From: Chloroflexota bacterium
Lineage (GTDB): Bacteria; Chloroflexota; Chloroflexia; DAOUBH01
Assembly (NCBI GenBank): GCA_034432775.1
Contig: DAOUBH010000021.1
Span: 5,396-69,395, forward strand
Length of the DNA stretch: 64,000 bases
Reading direction: 5' to 3'
Shown here: positions 56,237-64,000 of the stretch, piece by piece
How the letters are laid out: the number at the start of each line of letters is the position of its first letter
Numbering within the stretch: position 1 is the first letter of the stretch
Program-made: the position numbers and the translations under genes
The notes under the pieces: generated by a model
The model's input: only the letters and a program-made list of their open reading frames with translations
Told to the model about the DNA's origin: nothing
The model's database searches: none

Positions 56237-57235
56237 CTAAGCGTTCCCGCTGCTCCCTAAGCCCACTTGTTGGCCCGCTAGAAAGTGAAGGAACAGGCTC
56301 GCGGCCAGGTTCGACGTCATAGCCTGCGTGTCGTAGTAAGGTGATACTTCCATGACATCGAACCCTTTCACCTTGGGATGCCTGGCGATGAGGTAGGTGA
56401 GTTCCAACGCTTGATAGCTAGAGAGGCCACCCACGTTAGTGGCGTTGGTCCCCATGGCACAGCTTACGTCCATCCCGTCTATGTCGATAGAGAAGTAGAT
56501 CCAATCGGTCCCGTCACCTGCAAGTTGGAGGGCCTCCGATGCTACATCTGCAAGATCCCTCTTGTGAACTTCCCGGGCGGGTATTACCCTGATGCCTTGT
56601 TCCTTGCACCAGTCGGCATAGTATCTGCTGTTGTGCCAGCCGTTTATGCCGATCTGTACCATGTTCCGGCCTTGAACTCGGCCGTTGAGGTCCTCTATCA
56701 TTCGCCGGAAGGGGACACCCGAGGATACCTCACCGTGGTGAGATATCCGGACGTCGAAGTGGGCATCGATCATAATAACACCCGCTTTCCCGGACAATGA
56801 TCTGGCCATGCCTCGGACCACAGGAAAAGAGTTCCCATGGTCGCCACCTATTACCAGAGGGATGACTCCGGCAGAAGCTATCTCCGCCATGACCCTATCG
56901 ATGCGGTCCCACGTGGCATCGATTTCAGTCTGAAGCACATCGATATCGCCGAAATCCACTAGACCTCTAAGGCCCGATAGGTCGACGTCTAGGCTTGGAT
57001 CATAGCATGTGCATCCGGCAAGGGCATCTCGGACCGACCTCGGCCCAAATTTGGATCCCCTCCGCACGATGGTAGTAGTATCGAAGGGAATCCCGATGAA
57101 GCCCCATTTTGGGTCGCTTTCTTCGTTCCAAGGCTTTACAATTCTGCCGAAAGGGACGTCATAGTCATCGGAAACGAAGGGCATGAGCTTTGGAGGGGAA
57201 ACCAGCAGTTGCTGCACTTCACGAGAAAGCTCCAC
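56237..57235 (-). CDS. arginase family protein (agmatinase/formimidoylglutamase-like)
   Basis: Mn-binding motifs GGDHGNSFP, DAHFDV and SIDIDGMD. Confidence 0.8.
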   Translation of the reverse strand: MELSREVQQLLVSPPKLMPFVSDDYDVPFGRIVKPWNEESDPKWGFIGIPFDTTTIVRRGSKFGPRSVRDALAGCTCYDPSLDVDLSGLRGLVDFGDIDVLQTEIDATWDRIDRVMAEIASAGVIPLVIGGDHGNSFPVVRGMARSLSGKAGVIMIDAHFDVRISHHGEVSSGVPFRRMIEDLNGRVQGRNMVQIGINGWHNSRYYADWCKEQGIRVIPAREVHKRDLADVASEALQLAGDGTDWIYFSIDIDGMDVSCAMGTNATNVGGLSSYQALELTYLIARHPKVKGFDVMEVSPYYDTQAMTSNLAASLFLHFLAGQQVGLGSSGNA

Positions 57236-57307
57236 TCGGTCACCTCACACTCTCGAAGTTTAGGGCTACGAATGGGGGCAGAGTGGACAGATTAAGCCTC
57301 GTAGATC

Positions 57308-57550
57308 TCACCACACCCTTTCTGCTACGCTGGGAATCTTGTCAAGGATTTCGAGGACCTCCGCTGCCACGTCCTCAAAGCTCTCGTAGACACGTTCCGC
57401 GATCAGACTGACCGCCTCCACCAGATATTCGGGTGCGTTGCCAGACACCAATGTCCGCTCGACATCGCTTCTGGTGGCCGGAAACTGCAGAGGGTACAAA
57501 AAATCGGCTAGCCTACTCTTGAAAACGGGATACGCCCGCAACAAAGTCAC
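57308..57550 (-). CDS. hypothetical protein (80 aa) co-transcribed with rpsU
   Basis: 4-nt overlap with the rpsU stop. Acidic, helical. I recognise no family. Confidence 0.4.
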   Translation of the reverse strand: MTLLRAYPVFKSRLADFLYPLQFPATRSDVERTLVSGNAPEYLVEAVSLIAERVYESFEDVAAEVLEILDKIPSVAERVW

Positions 57551-57744
57551 TTGGCTTGCCTCTTAGCTAGTTTTGCAAGCCGCTTGCGTTCGGCCCTGCG
57601 TGCCTTGGCTCGAAGCAGCTGGCTCTTGCTTACGTAAGCTTGATGCCGCTTGTATTCACTTATAATGCCGTCGCGGACCACTGCAGCGCGGAACCGTTTC
57701 AGCAGCTGCTCGAAGGTCTCACCTTCGCGCAGTGTTACCTGCAC
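57547..57744 (-). CDS. rpsU: 30S ribosomal protein S21
   Basis: 65 aa and basic. LKRFRAAVVRDGIISEYKRHQAYVSKSQLLRAKARRAERKR resembles bS21 (KRFKR..GVL.E.R.R..Y.KP). Confidence 0.7.
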   Translation of the reverse strand: MQVTLREGETFEQLLKRFRAAVVRDGIISEYKRHQAYVSKSQLLRAKARRAERKRLAKLAKRQAK

Positions 57745-57809
57745 CCCGCTTTCACCTCCCTTCGGTGCTGAGATTTAGAGCCTTGCCAGACGTGGGCTCA
57801 CAATTTCAA

Positions 57810-58463
57810 TTATATCTTGAAATGGCCCTCGCGTTCCAGAGATTTCATGAGGGCCTCAATCCTTTCCTGTAGCTGCTGGTGTTTCCATGCCAAGGTCAGC
57901 TCTGCTCGAGTGCGCTCCATAACCCCGCGCACCATGTCGGTGGTGCGTTTTAGGCCTCCAGTTATGGCATCCGGGTAGTCGAAAGTAATTAGCATCGTGT
58001 ACATCTCGTCCATTCGTGACAGAAAGTATTCGGCGCGCTGGAGGTTTCCTTCCCGCAAATGGTCGAGTACTTGCCTACGGAGTTCTCCTACGGCCTCACC
58101 TATACCATTTAGATAAGCCGCATCCTCCACGCCCAGCTCCTCTGGTGCAGGCAAGTCCATACCTTTTACTACGTGGTACGTTATGCAGGCCTCAGCGTAC
58201 TCCTTCTGGGCATCCTGTACGTATCCTGACCAATATATGTCACTAAAGCTGGCGAGGTCGGCCTTGGAAGCTACCAATATCCTAGATGCCTCTTCAAGCA
58301 GCTGGGCAGCACTCTCCATCTCACCCCGGTGGAGGGCGCGTATGGCATTGGCGGATGTTCTGATTAGATGTCGACTGTCAGCTAGAGCCTTTTCTCGAGC
58401 GGCGTTTCGCTCCGACATCCGAGTTTCCAGCGTTTCCCAGATTTCCTGCGTTTTGGAGCTCAA
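57810..58463 (-). CDS. translin family protein (putative nucleic-acid-binding, all-helical)
   Basis: NAIRALHRGEMESAAQLLEEA, YVQDAQKEYAEA, YLNGIGEAVGELRR and MDEMYTMLITFDYPD follow the translin/TRAX pattern (aIhrg...a, QEyvEA, YlxGlaDltGEL.R, md..y..L). TTG start overlaps the thiS stop (TTGA). Confidence 0.5.
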   Translation of the reverse strand: MSSKTQEIWETLETRMSERNAAREKALADSRHLIRTSANAIRALHRGEMESAAQLLEEASRILVASKADLASFSDIYWSGYVQDAQKEYAEACITYHVVKGMDLPAPEELGVEDAAYLNGIGEAVGELRRQVLDHLREGNLQRAEYFLSRMDEMYTMLITFDYPDAITGGLKRTTDMVRGVMERTRAELTLAWKHQQLQERIEALMKSLEREGHFKI

Positions 58464-58690
58464 CGTTCACCCCCACCCACAAAGTGAACTATTTCGACCT
58501 GGTCTCCTTCGTGCAGCTCCCACGTCGCATATTGGTTTCTAGGAACAATTTCCCTGTTGACCTCCACTACCACGCGCACAGGATCGATGCCCTTGAGCAT
58601 CAGATAGTTGTAAATGGTCTCGCCTTCCTGCACGGTTTCGCAACGTCCGCAAACGGTAATGGTTATAGGTTGCTGCCTCTTTTTTCCCAT
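58460..58690 (-). CDS. thiS: sulfur carrier protein ThiS with a 3-residue extension past the Gly-Gly
   Basis: [68 protein letters not shown]. The ThiS/MoaD beta-grasp pattern ends ...VGG, then G-E-R precedes the stop. Confidence 0.65.
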   Translation of the reverse strand: MGKKRQQPITITVCGRCETVQEGETIYNYLMLKGIDPVRVVVEVNREIVPRNQYATWELHEGDQVEIVHFVGGGER

Positions 58691-59349
58691 GAGGCATCCT
58701 CCTTGCCGCTTACTGTCCTAATTGCCTCCAAAAGTTCCTGGGTGGCTCCATGCGGGTCCCTTTCTGCCAAGACCGCTCTTATGATAGCCACGCCGTAGGC
58801 GCCTACCTCCAGGGCCTGCGCGGCACGGTGACGGTCGATACCGCCGATCGCATAAACTGGGATAGAGAGCCTGGTAGCCACCTCTTGCAGCAGGGATAGC
58901 CCAACCGGCTCTACGCCCGGCTTGCTGGCCGAAGGGAATATGGTGCCGAGCACGACCGCATCCGCGCCAGCCTGCTCAGCTGCCACGGCCCTATCCAAGG
59001 AATGCGCGGCCGCAGTCACGATTGCTCCCGAGGGCAACAGCCTACGGGCTTCTTTGACCCGTAAAGCCCCCTCGCCGAGATGTACCCCGTCAGCTTCGCT
59101 GAGCATAGCCACATCTAGCCTGTCGTTGACTATTAGCAAAGCGTTAAACTTGGCCGTGAGCTCCCGCAAAGCCTTAGCCAGATCAAGCAATTCACCTGAT
59201 GGAAGGTCTTTCTCTCGTAGCTGCACTAGTCTGAGCCCAGCTTCCAGGGCTGAACGGATGGCAGAATAAAGGTCTGGACATGTCTTCCTATCTGTAACGA
59301 GCATCAACCTTGGAAGACGACGAGAGCCGGCCACCTTAGCGAACAACAC
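58663..59349 (-). CDS. thiamine phosphate synthase family protein (ThiE or TenI-like thiazole tautomerase)
   Basis: TMP-TENI fold: [20 protein letters not shown]. This is the second ThiE-family gene in the operon. Confidence 0.7.
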   Translation of the reverse strand: MLFAKVAGSRRLPRLMLVTDRKTCPDLYSAIRSALEAGLRLVQLREKDLPSGELLDLAKALRELTAKFNALLIVNDRLDVAMLSEADGVHLGEGALRVKEARRLLPSGAIVTAAAHSLDRAVAAEQAGADAVVLGTIFPSASKPGVEPVGLSLLQEVATRLSIPVYAIGGIDRHRAAQALEVGAYGVAIIRAVLAERDPHGATQELLEAIRTVSGKEDASWEKRGSNL

Positions 59350-60109
59350 CCTCCAAAGGTGAGCTAGCCGATGCGTAGGGACGTTTGGGAATACGACCAG
59401 CCAAGAAGGCCTTTCGGCCCGCCTCGACGCCCAGACGGAAGGCCTCGGCCATGAGAGCAGGGTTCTGAGCTTGAGCTATGGCTGTGTTCACCAGAACAGC
59501 ATCGCAGCCGATCTCCATCGCCTGGGCAGCGTCTGACGGAACCCCAAGACCCGCGTCCACTACCACAGGGACAGAGCACTGCTCGACAATTATCTTGATT
59601 TGCTCAAAGTTAACCATGCCCTGTCCGGTTCCGATGGGAGCGGCCAGAGGCATCACAGTCGCACAACCGATCTCTTCTAGGCGCTTGGCGAGAACAGGGT
59701 CATCGTTTATGTAAGGTAGCACCACGAACCCCTCATCGACCAGCACCCGAGCTGCCTCGAGGGTACCCACCGGATCCGGCAAAAGGTATTTGGGATCGGG
59801 GATCACCTCCAGTTTGACCCAATCAGATAGTCCCATCGCGCGCGCCAGTCGTGCCACTCTTATGGCCTCATCGGCTGTCCTACATCCTGCTGTGTTCGGC
59901 AGGATGTGGTACTTCGTCCAGTCGATGTCGTCCAGTATGCTCCGGTGGGGGCTATCCAGATCGATCCTGCGCAGGGCGACGGTTATGATCTCGCATCCCG
60001 AGGCTTCGATGGCAGTAAGCATCTCCTCCCTGTTTCTGTACTTGCCCGTCCCCAGCATGAGACGGGAGCGGAACTCTTTTCCTGCAATGACCAGCTTCTC
60101 GTCTACCAT
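59336..60109 (-). CDS. thiG: thiazole synthase ThiG
   Basis: [20 protein letters not shown]-terminus. Schiff-base lysine region. Full-length 257 aa. Confidence 0.9.
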   Translation of the reverse strand: MVDEKLVIAGKEFRSRLMLGTGKYRNREEMLTAIEASGCEIITVALRRIDLDSPHRSILDDIDWTKYHILPNTAGCRTADEAIRVARLARAMGLSDWVKLEVIPDPKYLLPDPVGTLEAARVLVDEGFVVLPYINDDPVLAKRLEEIGCATVMPLAAPIGTGQGMVNFEQIKIIVEQCSVPVVVDAGLGVPSDAAQAMEIGCDAVLVNTAIAQAQNPALMAEAFRLGVEAGRKAFLAGRIPKRPYASASSPLEGVVR

Positions 60110-60113
60110 TTGT

Positions 60114-60917
60114 TCACACCTCGCCTGTGTTCTGGAGCATCCAGAAGTGGCTTACTGGAGAATGGCCCGCACCTATCTTATAAGAACGCTTAAGCGCCTC
60201 GGTAATGTAGGCTTTTGCCTGCCGGATAGCCTCAATAGCATCTAGCCCTTTCGCCATACCTGCCGCGATTGCTGCGGAAAAAGTGCATCCTGTCCCATGG
60301 GTGTTGGGCGTGTCTATCCTGGGAGCCGAAAGTTCCAGGAACTCTTTGCCGTCGAATACTAGGTCAGTAGCGTCACCCCGTAAGTGTCCGCCCTTTACCA
60401 CGACAATCTTGGCCCCCATCTGGTGTATGAGTCGAGCTGCTGCCCTGGCGTCTTCGGAAGATTCTATCGGCCGACCAACAAGTACCTCCGCCTCATGCAC
60501 GTTAGGTGTCACCACCAAAGCGAGTGGTACAATTTCGCTCTTCATCGCTTCAACAGCATCAGGCCTTAGGAGCGGATCACCACTCTTGGCTACCATCACA
60601 GGGTCAACCACCAGTTTGGTTATTCGATACTCCATAATTTTCTGAGCAACGGTACGGATTATCTCTGCATTTGCCAACATGCCAGTCTTCGCCGCCTCCG
60701 CGCCGATATCGGACATGATCGCATCGATCTGAGCGGCAACCAAGGTCGGTGGCAACTCCAGGACGGAGGTCACCCGTAAAGTATTCTGGGCCGTGATGGC
60801 TGTGATCGCGGAGGTACCGTAAACGCCTAAAGCAGCAAAGGTCTTCAGGTCAGCCTGAATTCCCGCGCCAGCCCCAGAGTCTGACCCTGCTACGGTCATT
60901 GCCTTATGTAGTCCCAT
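60114..60917 (-). CDS. thiD: hydroxymethylpyrimidine/phosphomethylpyrimidine kinase ThiD
   Basis: [40 protein letters not shown]. Ribokinase-like fold. Confidence 0.85.
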   Translation of the reverse strand: MGLHKAMTVAGSDSGAGAGIQADLKTFAALGVYGTSAITAITAQNTLRVTSVLELPPTLVAAQIDAIMSDIGAEAAKTGMLANAEIIRTVAQKIMEYRITKLVVDPVMVAKSGDPLLRPDAVEAMKSEIVPLALVVTPNVHEAEVLVGRPIESSEDARAAARLIHQMGAKIVVVKGGHLRGDATDLVFDGKEFLELSAPRIDTPNTHGTGCTFSAAIAAGMAKGLDAIEAIRQAKAYITEALKRSYKIGAGHSPVSHFWMLQNTGEV

Positions 60918-60918
60918 C

Positions 60919-61932
60919 CTATTGTGCCTCCCTACGGAAGTGGTCGTGTCCGTACGCGTCTAGGGGAAACCTCCTTCCATCGCCGGTCTCGGCCCAGATG
61001 CCGCTGTCTTTCGGGAGTATTTCACCTATGACGGTACATCTCACCCCTGAAAGCTGCTCCAGCAGGGCCATTGCCGTGTCCTCGGAACCTGGAGGCACTG
61101 TGAACAGTAGCTCATAGTCCTCTCCACCGTGAAGGGCCCACCGAAGGGGATCCTCTCCGAGGATGGAGCTGGCCTCCCTCAGGGCACTCGACAAAGGAAT
61201 AGCGTGCAGCCACACGCACGCACCGACACCGCTAGCGTCACCCAGGTGCTTCAGGTCGCCAGCTAGGCCGTCGCTGATGTCGATCATTGAGGTCGCAAGT
61301 CCAGCCTCTGCCAGAGCACGTCCTTCTCTCTGCCGGGGCAAGGGGTCCCTGTGCGCTTGCACTAGGGGAGAAAAGTCTTTGGAGCGATCCGGAGCCTTTT
61401 CCAGCAGCATAAGGCCTCCGTAGGCGTCCCCAAGGGTGCCAGTTACCAGTAGCTTGTCCCCGGGCCGTGCGCCGGACCTAGTGACCACGCTCCCTGGTCG
61501 AACAAACCCGAGCAACGTCACATCGATAAACGTGTGGGAAGATCTGCTTACGTTCCCACCAACTATGGCTACGCCGAAAGCCTGTCCCATGCTGACCATG
61601 CCCGAGTAGATGCGGTCTATGACATCGACCTCCATACTTCCTGGCAATCCCAGACTTACCAGTGCGTACGAAGGCCAGCCACCCATGGCGCCCACATCGC
61701 TGATGTTAATGGCGAGGGCGCGACGCCCAAGCGAAAAGGGATCGGTGGTGGACCAGCGAAAGTGGACGTCTTCCACCTGAATATCACAGGTGGCCACCAG
61801 GTAATCCTCAGCTCCCGCGTCGATAACAACCGCGTCGTCTCCAATGTCCACAACGATTTCACTAGGTCGGAGGGGAAGGTTTCTGATTATTCTCTCGATC
61901 AATCCAAATTCCCCTATCGCTTCGACTTTCAT
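60919..61932 (-). CDS. thiL: thiamine-monophosphate kinase ThiL
   Basis: GEFGLIERI N-terminus. AIR synthase-related N- and C-domains. Confidence 0.85.
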   Translation of the reverse strand: MKVEAIGEFGLIERIIRNLPLRPSEIVVDIGDDAVVIDAGAEDYLVATCDIQVEDVHFRWSTTDPFSLGRRALAINISDVGAMGGWPSYALVSLGLPGSMEVDVIDRIYSGMVSMGQAFGVAIVGGNVSRSSHTFIDVTLLGFVRPGSVVTRSGARPGDKLLVTGTLGDAYGGLMLLEKAPDRSKDFSPLVQAHRDPLPRQREGRALAEAGLATSMIDISDGLAGDLKHLGDASGVGACVWLHAIPLSSALREASSILGEDPLRWALHGGEDYELLFTVPPGSEDTAMALLEQLSGVRCTVIGEILPKDSGIWAETGDGRRFPLDAYGHDHFRREAQ

Positions 61933-62573
61933 CGATGAGTCCCTTTCGCATTGCGCACGGCCTCGAAAAGCTCAGCGGCAGCCTGCTGCATGTCGCTAGC
62001 TCTGGATATGGCGGAAATTACGGCGATGCCGTCGGCTCCCGCTGCAACCACCTCCGCCACCTTGTCTGCGGTGATCCCTCCGATGGCGACGAGAGGGATG
62101 GAGGTCATTTCTCTCACTTTTCTTATGAATTCTGGCCCTACCGCGGTGCCTGCATCAGGCTTGGTGGAGGTGGGATAGATGGGTCCGACTCCCAGATAGT
62201 CCGGCCTTAGGGCTATAGCCCGTTCAGCCTCTGCGGTGGTGGATACCGAGAGTCCTACCACGATGCCTCCACCCAAAAGGGCACGTACCAGATCGTATGG
62301 CATATCGTCCCAACCCACATGTACGCCGTCTGCCTGAAGAGCCCAGGCTACGTCAACTCGGTCGTTTACGATGAAGCTGGCGGCGCGACTTTGGCACAAT
62401 TGCTTGACTAGTTGGCCCTGTTCCAACATAAGGCGTGTGGGCGTGTGCTTGCAACGTAACTGAACTACGGTGGCACCGCCCATGAGGGCAGCTTCTGCCT
62501 GCTGGACAAGGGACCGCCCCATCGGGTTGTCTTCGTCGGTTATGAAGTAAAGGTCCAGATTCAACTCCCTCAC
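61929..62573 (-). CDS. thiE: thiamine phosphate synthase ThiE
   Basis: LYFITD..., VVQLRCKH, DGVHVG and AIGGI motifs. GTG start 8 nt after a GGGGG RBS, directly downstream of the TPP riboswitch. Confidence 0.8.
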   Translation of the reverse strand: MRELNLDLYFITDEDNPMGRSLVQQAEAALMGGATVVQLRCKHTPTRLMLEQGQLVKQLCQSRAASFIVNDRVDVAWALQADGVHVGWDDMPYDLVRALLGGGIVVGLSVSTTAEAERAIALRPDYLGVGPIYPTSTKPDAGTAVGPEFIRKVREMTSIPLVAIGGITADKVAEVVAAGADGIAVISAISRASDMQQAAAELFEAVRNAKGTHR

Positions 62574-62599
62574 CTAACCCCCTATATGGAAATGGCGCC

Positions 62600-62730
62600 G
62601 CAGCCTCGGGGCTACAGCGCCAACCCTTCACATTAGCGATGTGCTTCCCTTCGCTGGCATTACCCAGATCAGGTTCTAAGGGTCAGTGGTCGAACCACAC
62701 TCTCAGCGCTTTCGCGCACCCCTAGCACCC
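62600..62730 (-). ncRNA. TPP (THI-box) riboswitch with downstream terminator/sequestering hairpin
   Basis: Minus-strand aptamer (62641-62730) reads GUGCUAGGGGUGCGCGAAAGCGCUGAGAGUGUGGUUCGACCACUGACCCUUAGAACCUGAUCUGGGUAAUGCCAGCGAAGGGAAGCAC. All TPP-riboswitch hallmarks are present: GGGGUGC, CUGAGA, ACCCUU.GAACCUGAUC.GGUAAUGCC.GCG.AGGGAAG. It is followed by hairpin GGCGCUGUAGCC-CCGA-GGCUGCGGCGCC. Confidence 0.85.
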
Positions 62731-62753
62731 AACTATTTGGCTTTTCACAGGAA

Positions 62754-64000
62754 TTATACAACCTCCACGCTAAACGTTGCGCTTGGACCCCCGAGCTGGT
62801 ACGACCAGCCGTGGTCCTCGTGGACTAGTGCTATCAACAGGAGATACGTACCAGCGGCATGGGGCGTGGATATGGCATCCTCCCACTCGACGGCTTCGCC
62901 AGGCCGTACGGGCCCAGGCAAATAGCACCTGCCCTCGGGCACCGTACGTTTTCCACTCTTCCACTGATAGCCCACATTTACTGGCCAGGGGCTGTGAGCG
63001 GCATCTGGCCACACATCGTTGCCCGTGTTCCGCAGCGAAATTAAGATGCGGATCTGCTCCCTACGCCGCACTTGGCCCGTCATTCCACCCACCGTGAGCT
63101 CTCCCCTGAGGTCTAAGGGTGACCTCTTCCGCCCTCGGAGTACCTTTGAAGAGACCGGCTCAGATGCTCTCTCAGAGATTCTCGCGCTGTAGTTGGCCAC
63201 TATGGCAGCCAATCTGTTCTGGACTTTTGCTGACTCTAATGTCACTTGGAGGGAACTGAGCCAAGAGAGCCAGCTGGGGTCCTGGATGGGACCATGCTCA
63301 AGGACAGCCAGGTAGAAGTCGACGGTCTCTTGGGCGGCTGCCTCCCATGTAAAGGTTTTCACCCGTTCCCTGATGTCTTCCCTGAGCCCTTGGGCGTTCA
63401 TGGCGGCCTCAATTGCCGCTGCGATGCTCTCCACCGATCCTGGATCGCATAGCCAGCAGAGATCTCCGAGATACTCGGCGATACCGCCGTACGACGTTGT
63501 TACCACAGGGCATCCGGCTGCTGCAGCCTCGAGACACACTAGAGGGGCAGGGTCAAGCCAGCTGGGGAGCACAAATGCGGCTGCAGCTGCATAGGCATCA
63601 GCCAGGTCTTCTGGGGTCATCCTATCTATGAACAGCGTATACCTGGTTGCTGCCTCGCGACAGGCCCGATAGTATTCGACCTGCTCGAAGGGGCTTCCTA
63701 CGACCACGCAAGGCACACCAATTTGCTGAGCAGCATGTATCACCGCAAGCTGGTTCTTGCGATCCTCGATGCGGCCCACCGTCAATACGAACTTCTCTAA
63801 ACCGTATCGCCTCAAAAATCGCTCGGGGTCGCCATGAAAGAACAGGGGATCTATGCCATTGCGTATCACTCGTTTGGCGCACTCACTGGGCGGCTCGAAT
63901 TGTTCGCACAGGCGATCTAGTTCCCGCTGGGATAGAGCTGCAATTCCCGCCACCGAACGTACGATGGCCCGACGTAGTTCCAAGGCGGAACGGAGGCTCT
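62754..64000 (-). CDS. glycosyltransferase family 4 protein, partial (N-terminus beyond the window) with a ~170-aa C-terminal extra domain
   Basis: GT-B C-terminal half: GRIEDRKN and the EPxxLxxLEAAAAGCPVVTT EX7E-like motif. The ORF remains open to the window edge. C-terminal 170 aa are unassigned. Confidence 0.65.
   Translation of the reverse strand, partial: SLRSALELRRAIVRSVAGIAALSQRELDRLCEQFEPPSECAKRVIRNGIDPLFFHGDPERFLRRYGLEKFVLTVGRIEDRKNQLAVIHAAQQIGVPCVVVGSPFEQVEYYRACREAATRYTLFIDRMTPEDLADAYAAAAAFVLPSWLDPAPLVCLEAAAAGCPVVTTSYGGIAEYLGDLCWLCDPGSVESIAAAIEAAMNAQGLREDIRERVKTFTWEAAAQETVDFYLAVLEHGPIQDPSWLSWLSSLQVTLESAKVQNRLAAIVANYSARISERASEPVSSKVLRGRKRSPLDLRGELTVGGMTGQVRRREQIRILISLRNTGNDVWPDAAHSPWPVNVGYQWKSGKRTVPEGRCYLPGPVRPGEAVEWEDAISTPHAAGTYLLLIALVHEDHGWSYQLGGPSATFSVEVV

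Overview
This 64 kb window comes from a high-GC bacterial chromosome, about 59% GC by eye. Coding is dense and almost entirely housekeeping or metabolic. I support about 58 CDS, one tRNA-Asn and one TPP riboswitch. I found no transposase, integrase, CRISPR array or rRNA.

Gene content, start to end:
- modAB molybdate uptake genes, with no modC in the window.
- A CPBP protease and a cation:proton antiporter, inside a possible decayed tRNA-Asn-associated islet.
- Two paralogous LIV-type ABC transporter clusters in SBP-LivH-LivM-fused LivG/F order, at 5.9-11.6 kb and 33.5-38.4 kb.
- A split MaoC hotdog pair plus a luciferase-like (possibly F420-dependent) oxidoreductase.
- An orphan BMP-family substrate-binding protein.
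- A possible usp-CDF-alanine dehydrogenase-CoA transferase operon.
- An AmmeMemoRadiSam-type radical SAM enzyme placed divergently to an archaeal-type SAM synthetase.
- A secreted GH99-like protein.
- A stand-alone Cys4 PAS protein.
- NAPRTase with a 95-aa unknown partner, divergent from a LonC-like protease that has a degenerate Walker A.
- A sigma-70 factor, GreA, Mrp/ApbC, aminotransferases and PanE.
- A NitT/TauT-type ABC transporter followed by glcDEF.
- Usp, a GYD protein and a GAF-PAS histidine kinase with an OmpR-type regulator.
- 2-oxoacid dehydrogenase E1alpha, E1beta and E2.
- A creatininase-family protein and an agmatinase-family protein.
- rpsU.
- A TPP-riboswitch-controlled thiamin operon, thiE-thiL-thiD-thiG-thiE'-thiS, translationally coupled to a translin-like gene.
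- A partial GT4 glycosyltransferase at the window edge.

All four substrate-binding proteins are lipoproteins with Pro/Ala/Thr-rich tethers. That pattern suggests a monoderm high-GC lineage, Chloroflexota-like or Actinomycetota-like. The taxonomic call is inference only.

I did not find an unambiguous, self-contained novel system. The best candidates for new biology are:
(a) a paralogous pair of PAS domains with a conserved C-x5-C-x8-C-x3-C motif, one stand-alone and one inside the histidine kinase;
(b) the orphan radical SAM enzyme paired with archaeal-type MAT;
(c) the LonC-like protease locus;
(d) the thiamin operon with a C-terminally extended ThiS, a second ThiE/TenI-like paralog and a coupled translin-family gene;
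(e) the tRNA-Asn 3'-end direct repeat that brackets a 2.6 kb islet.
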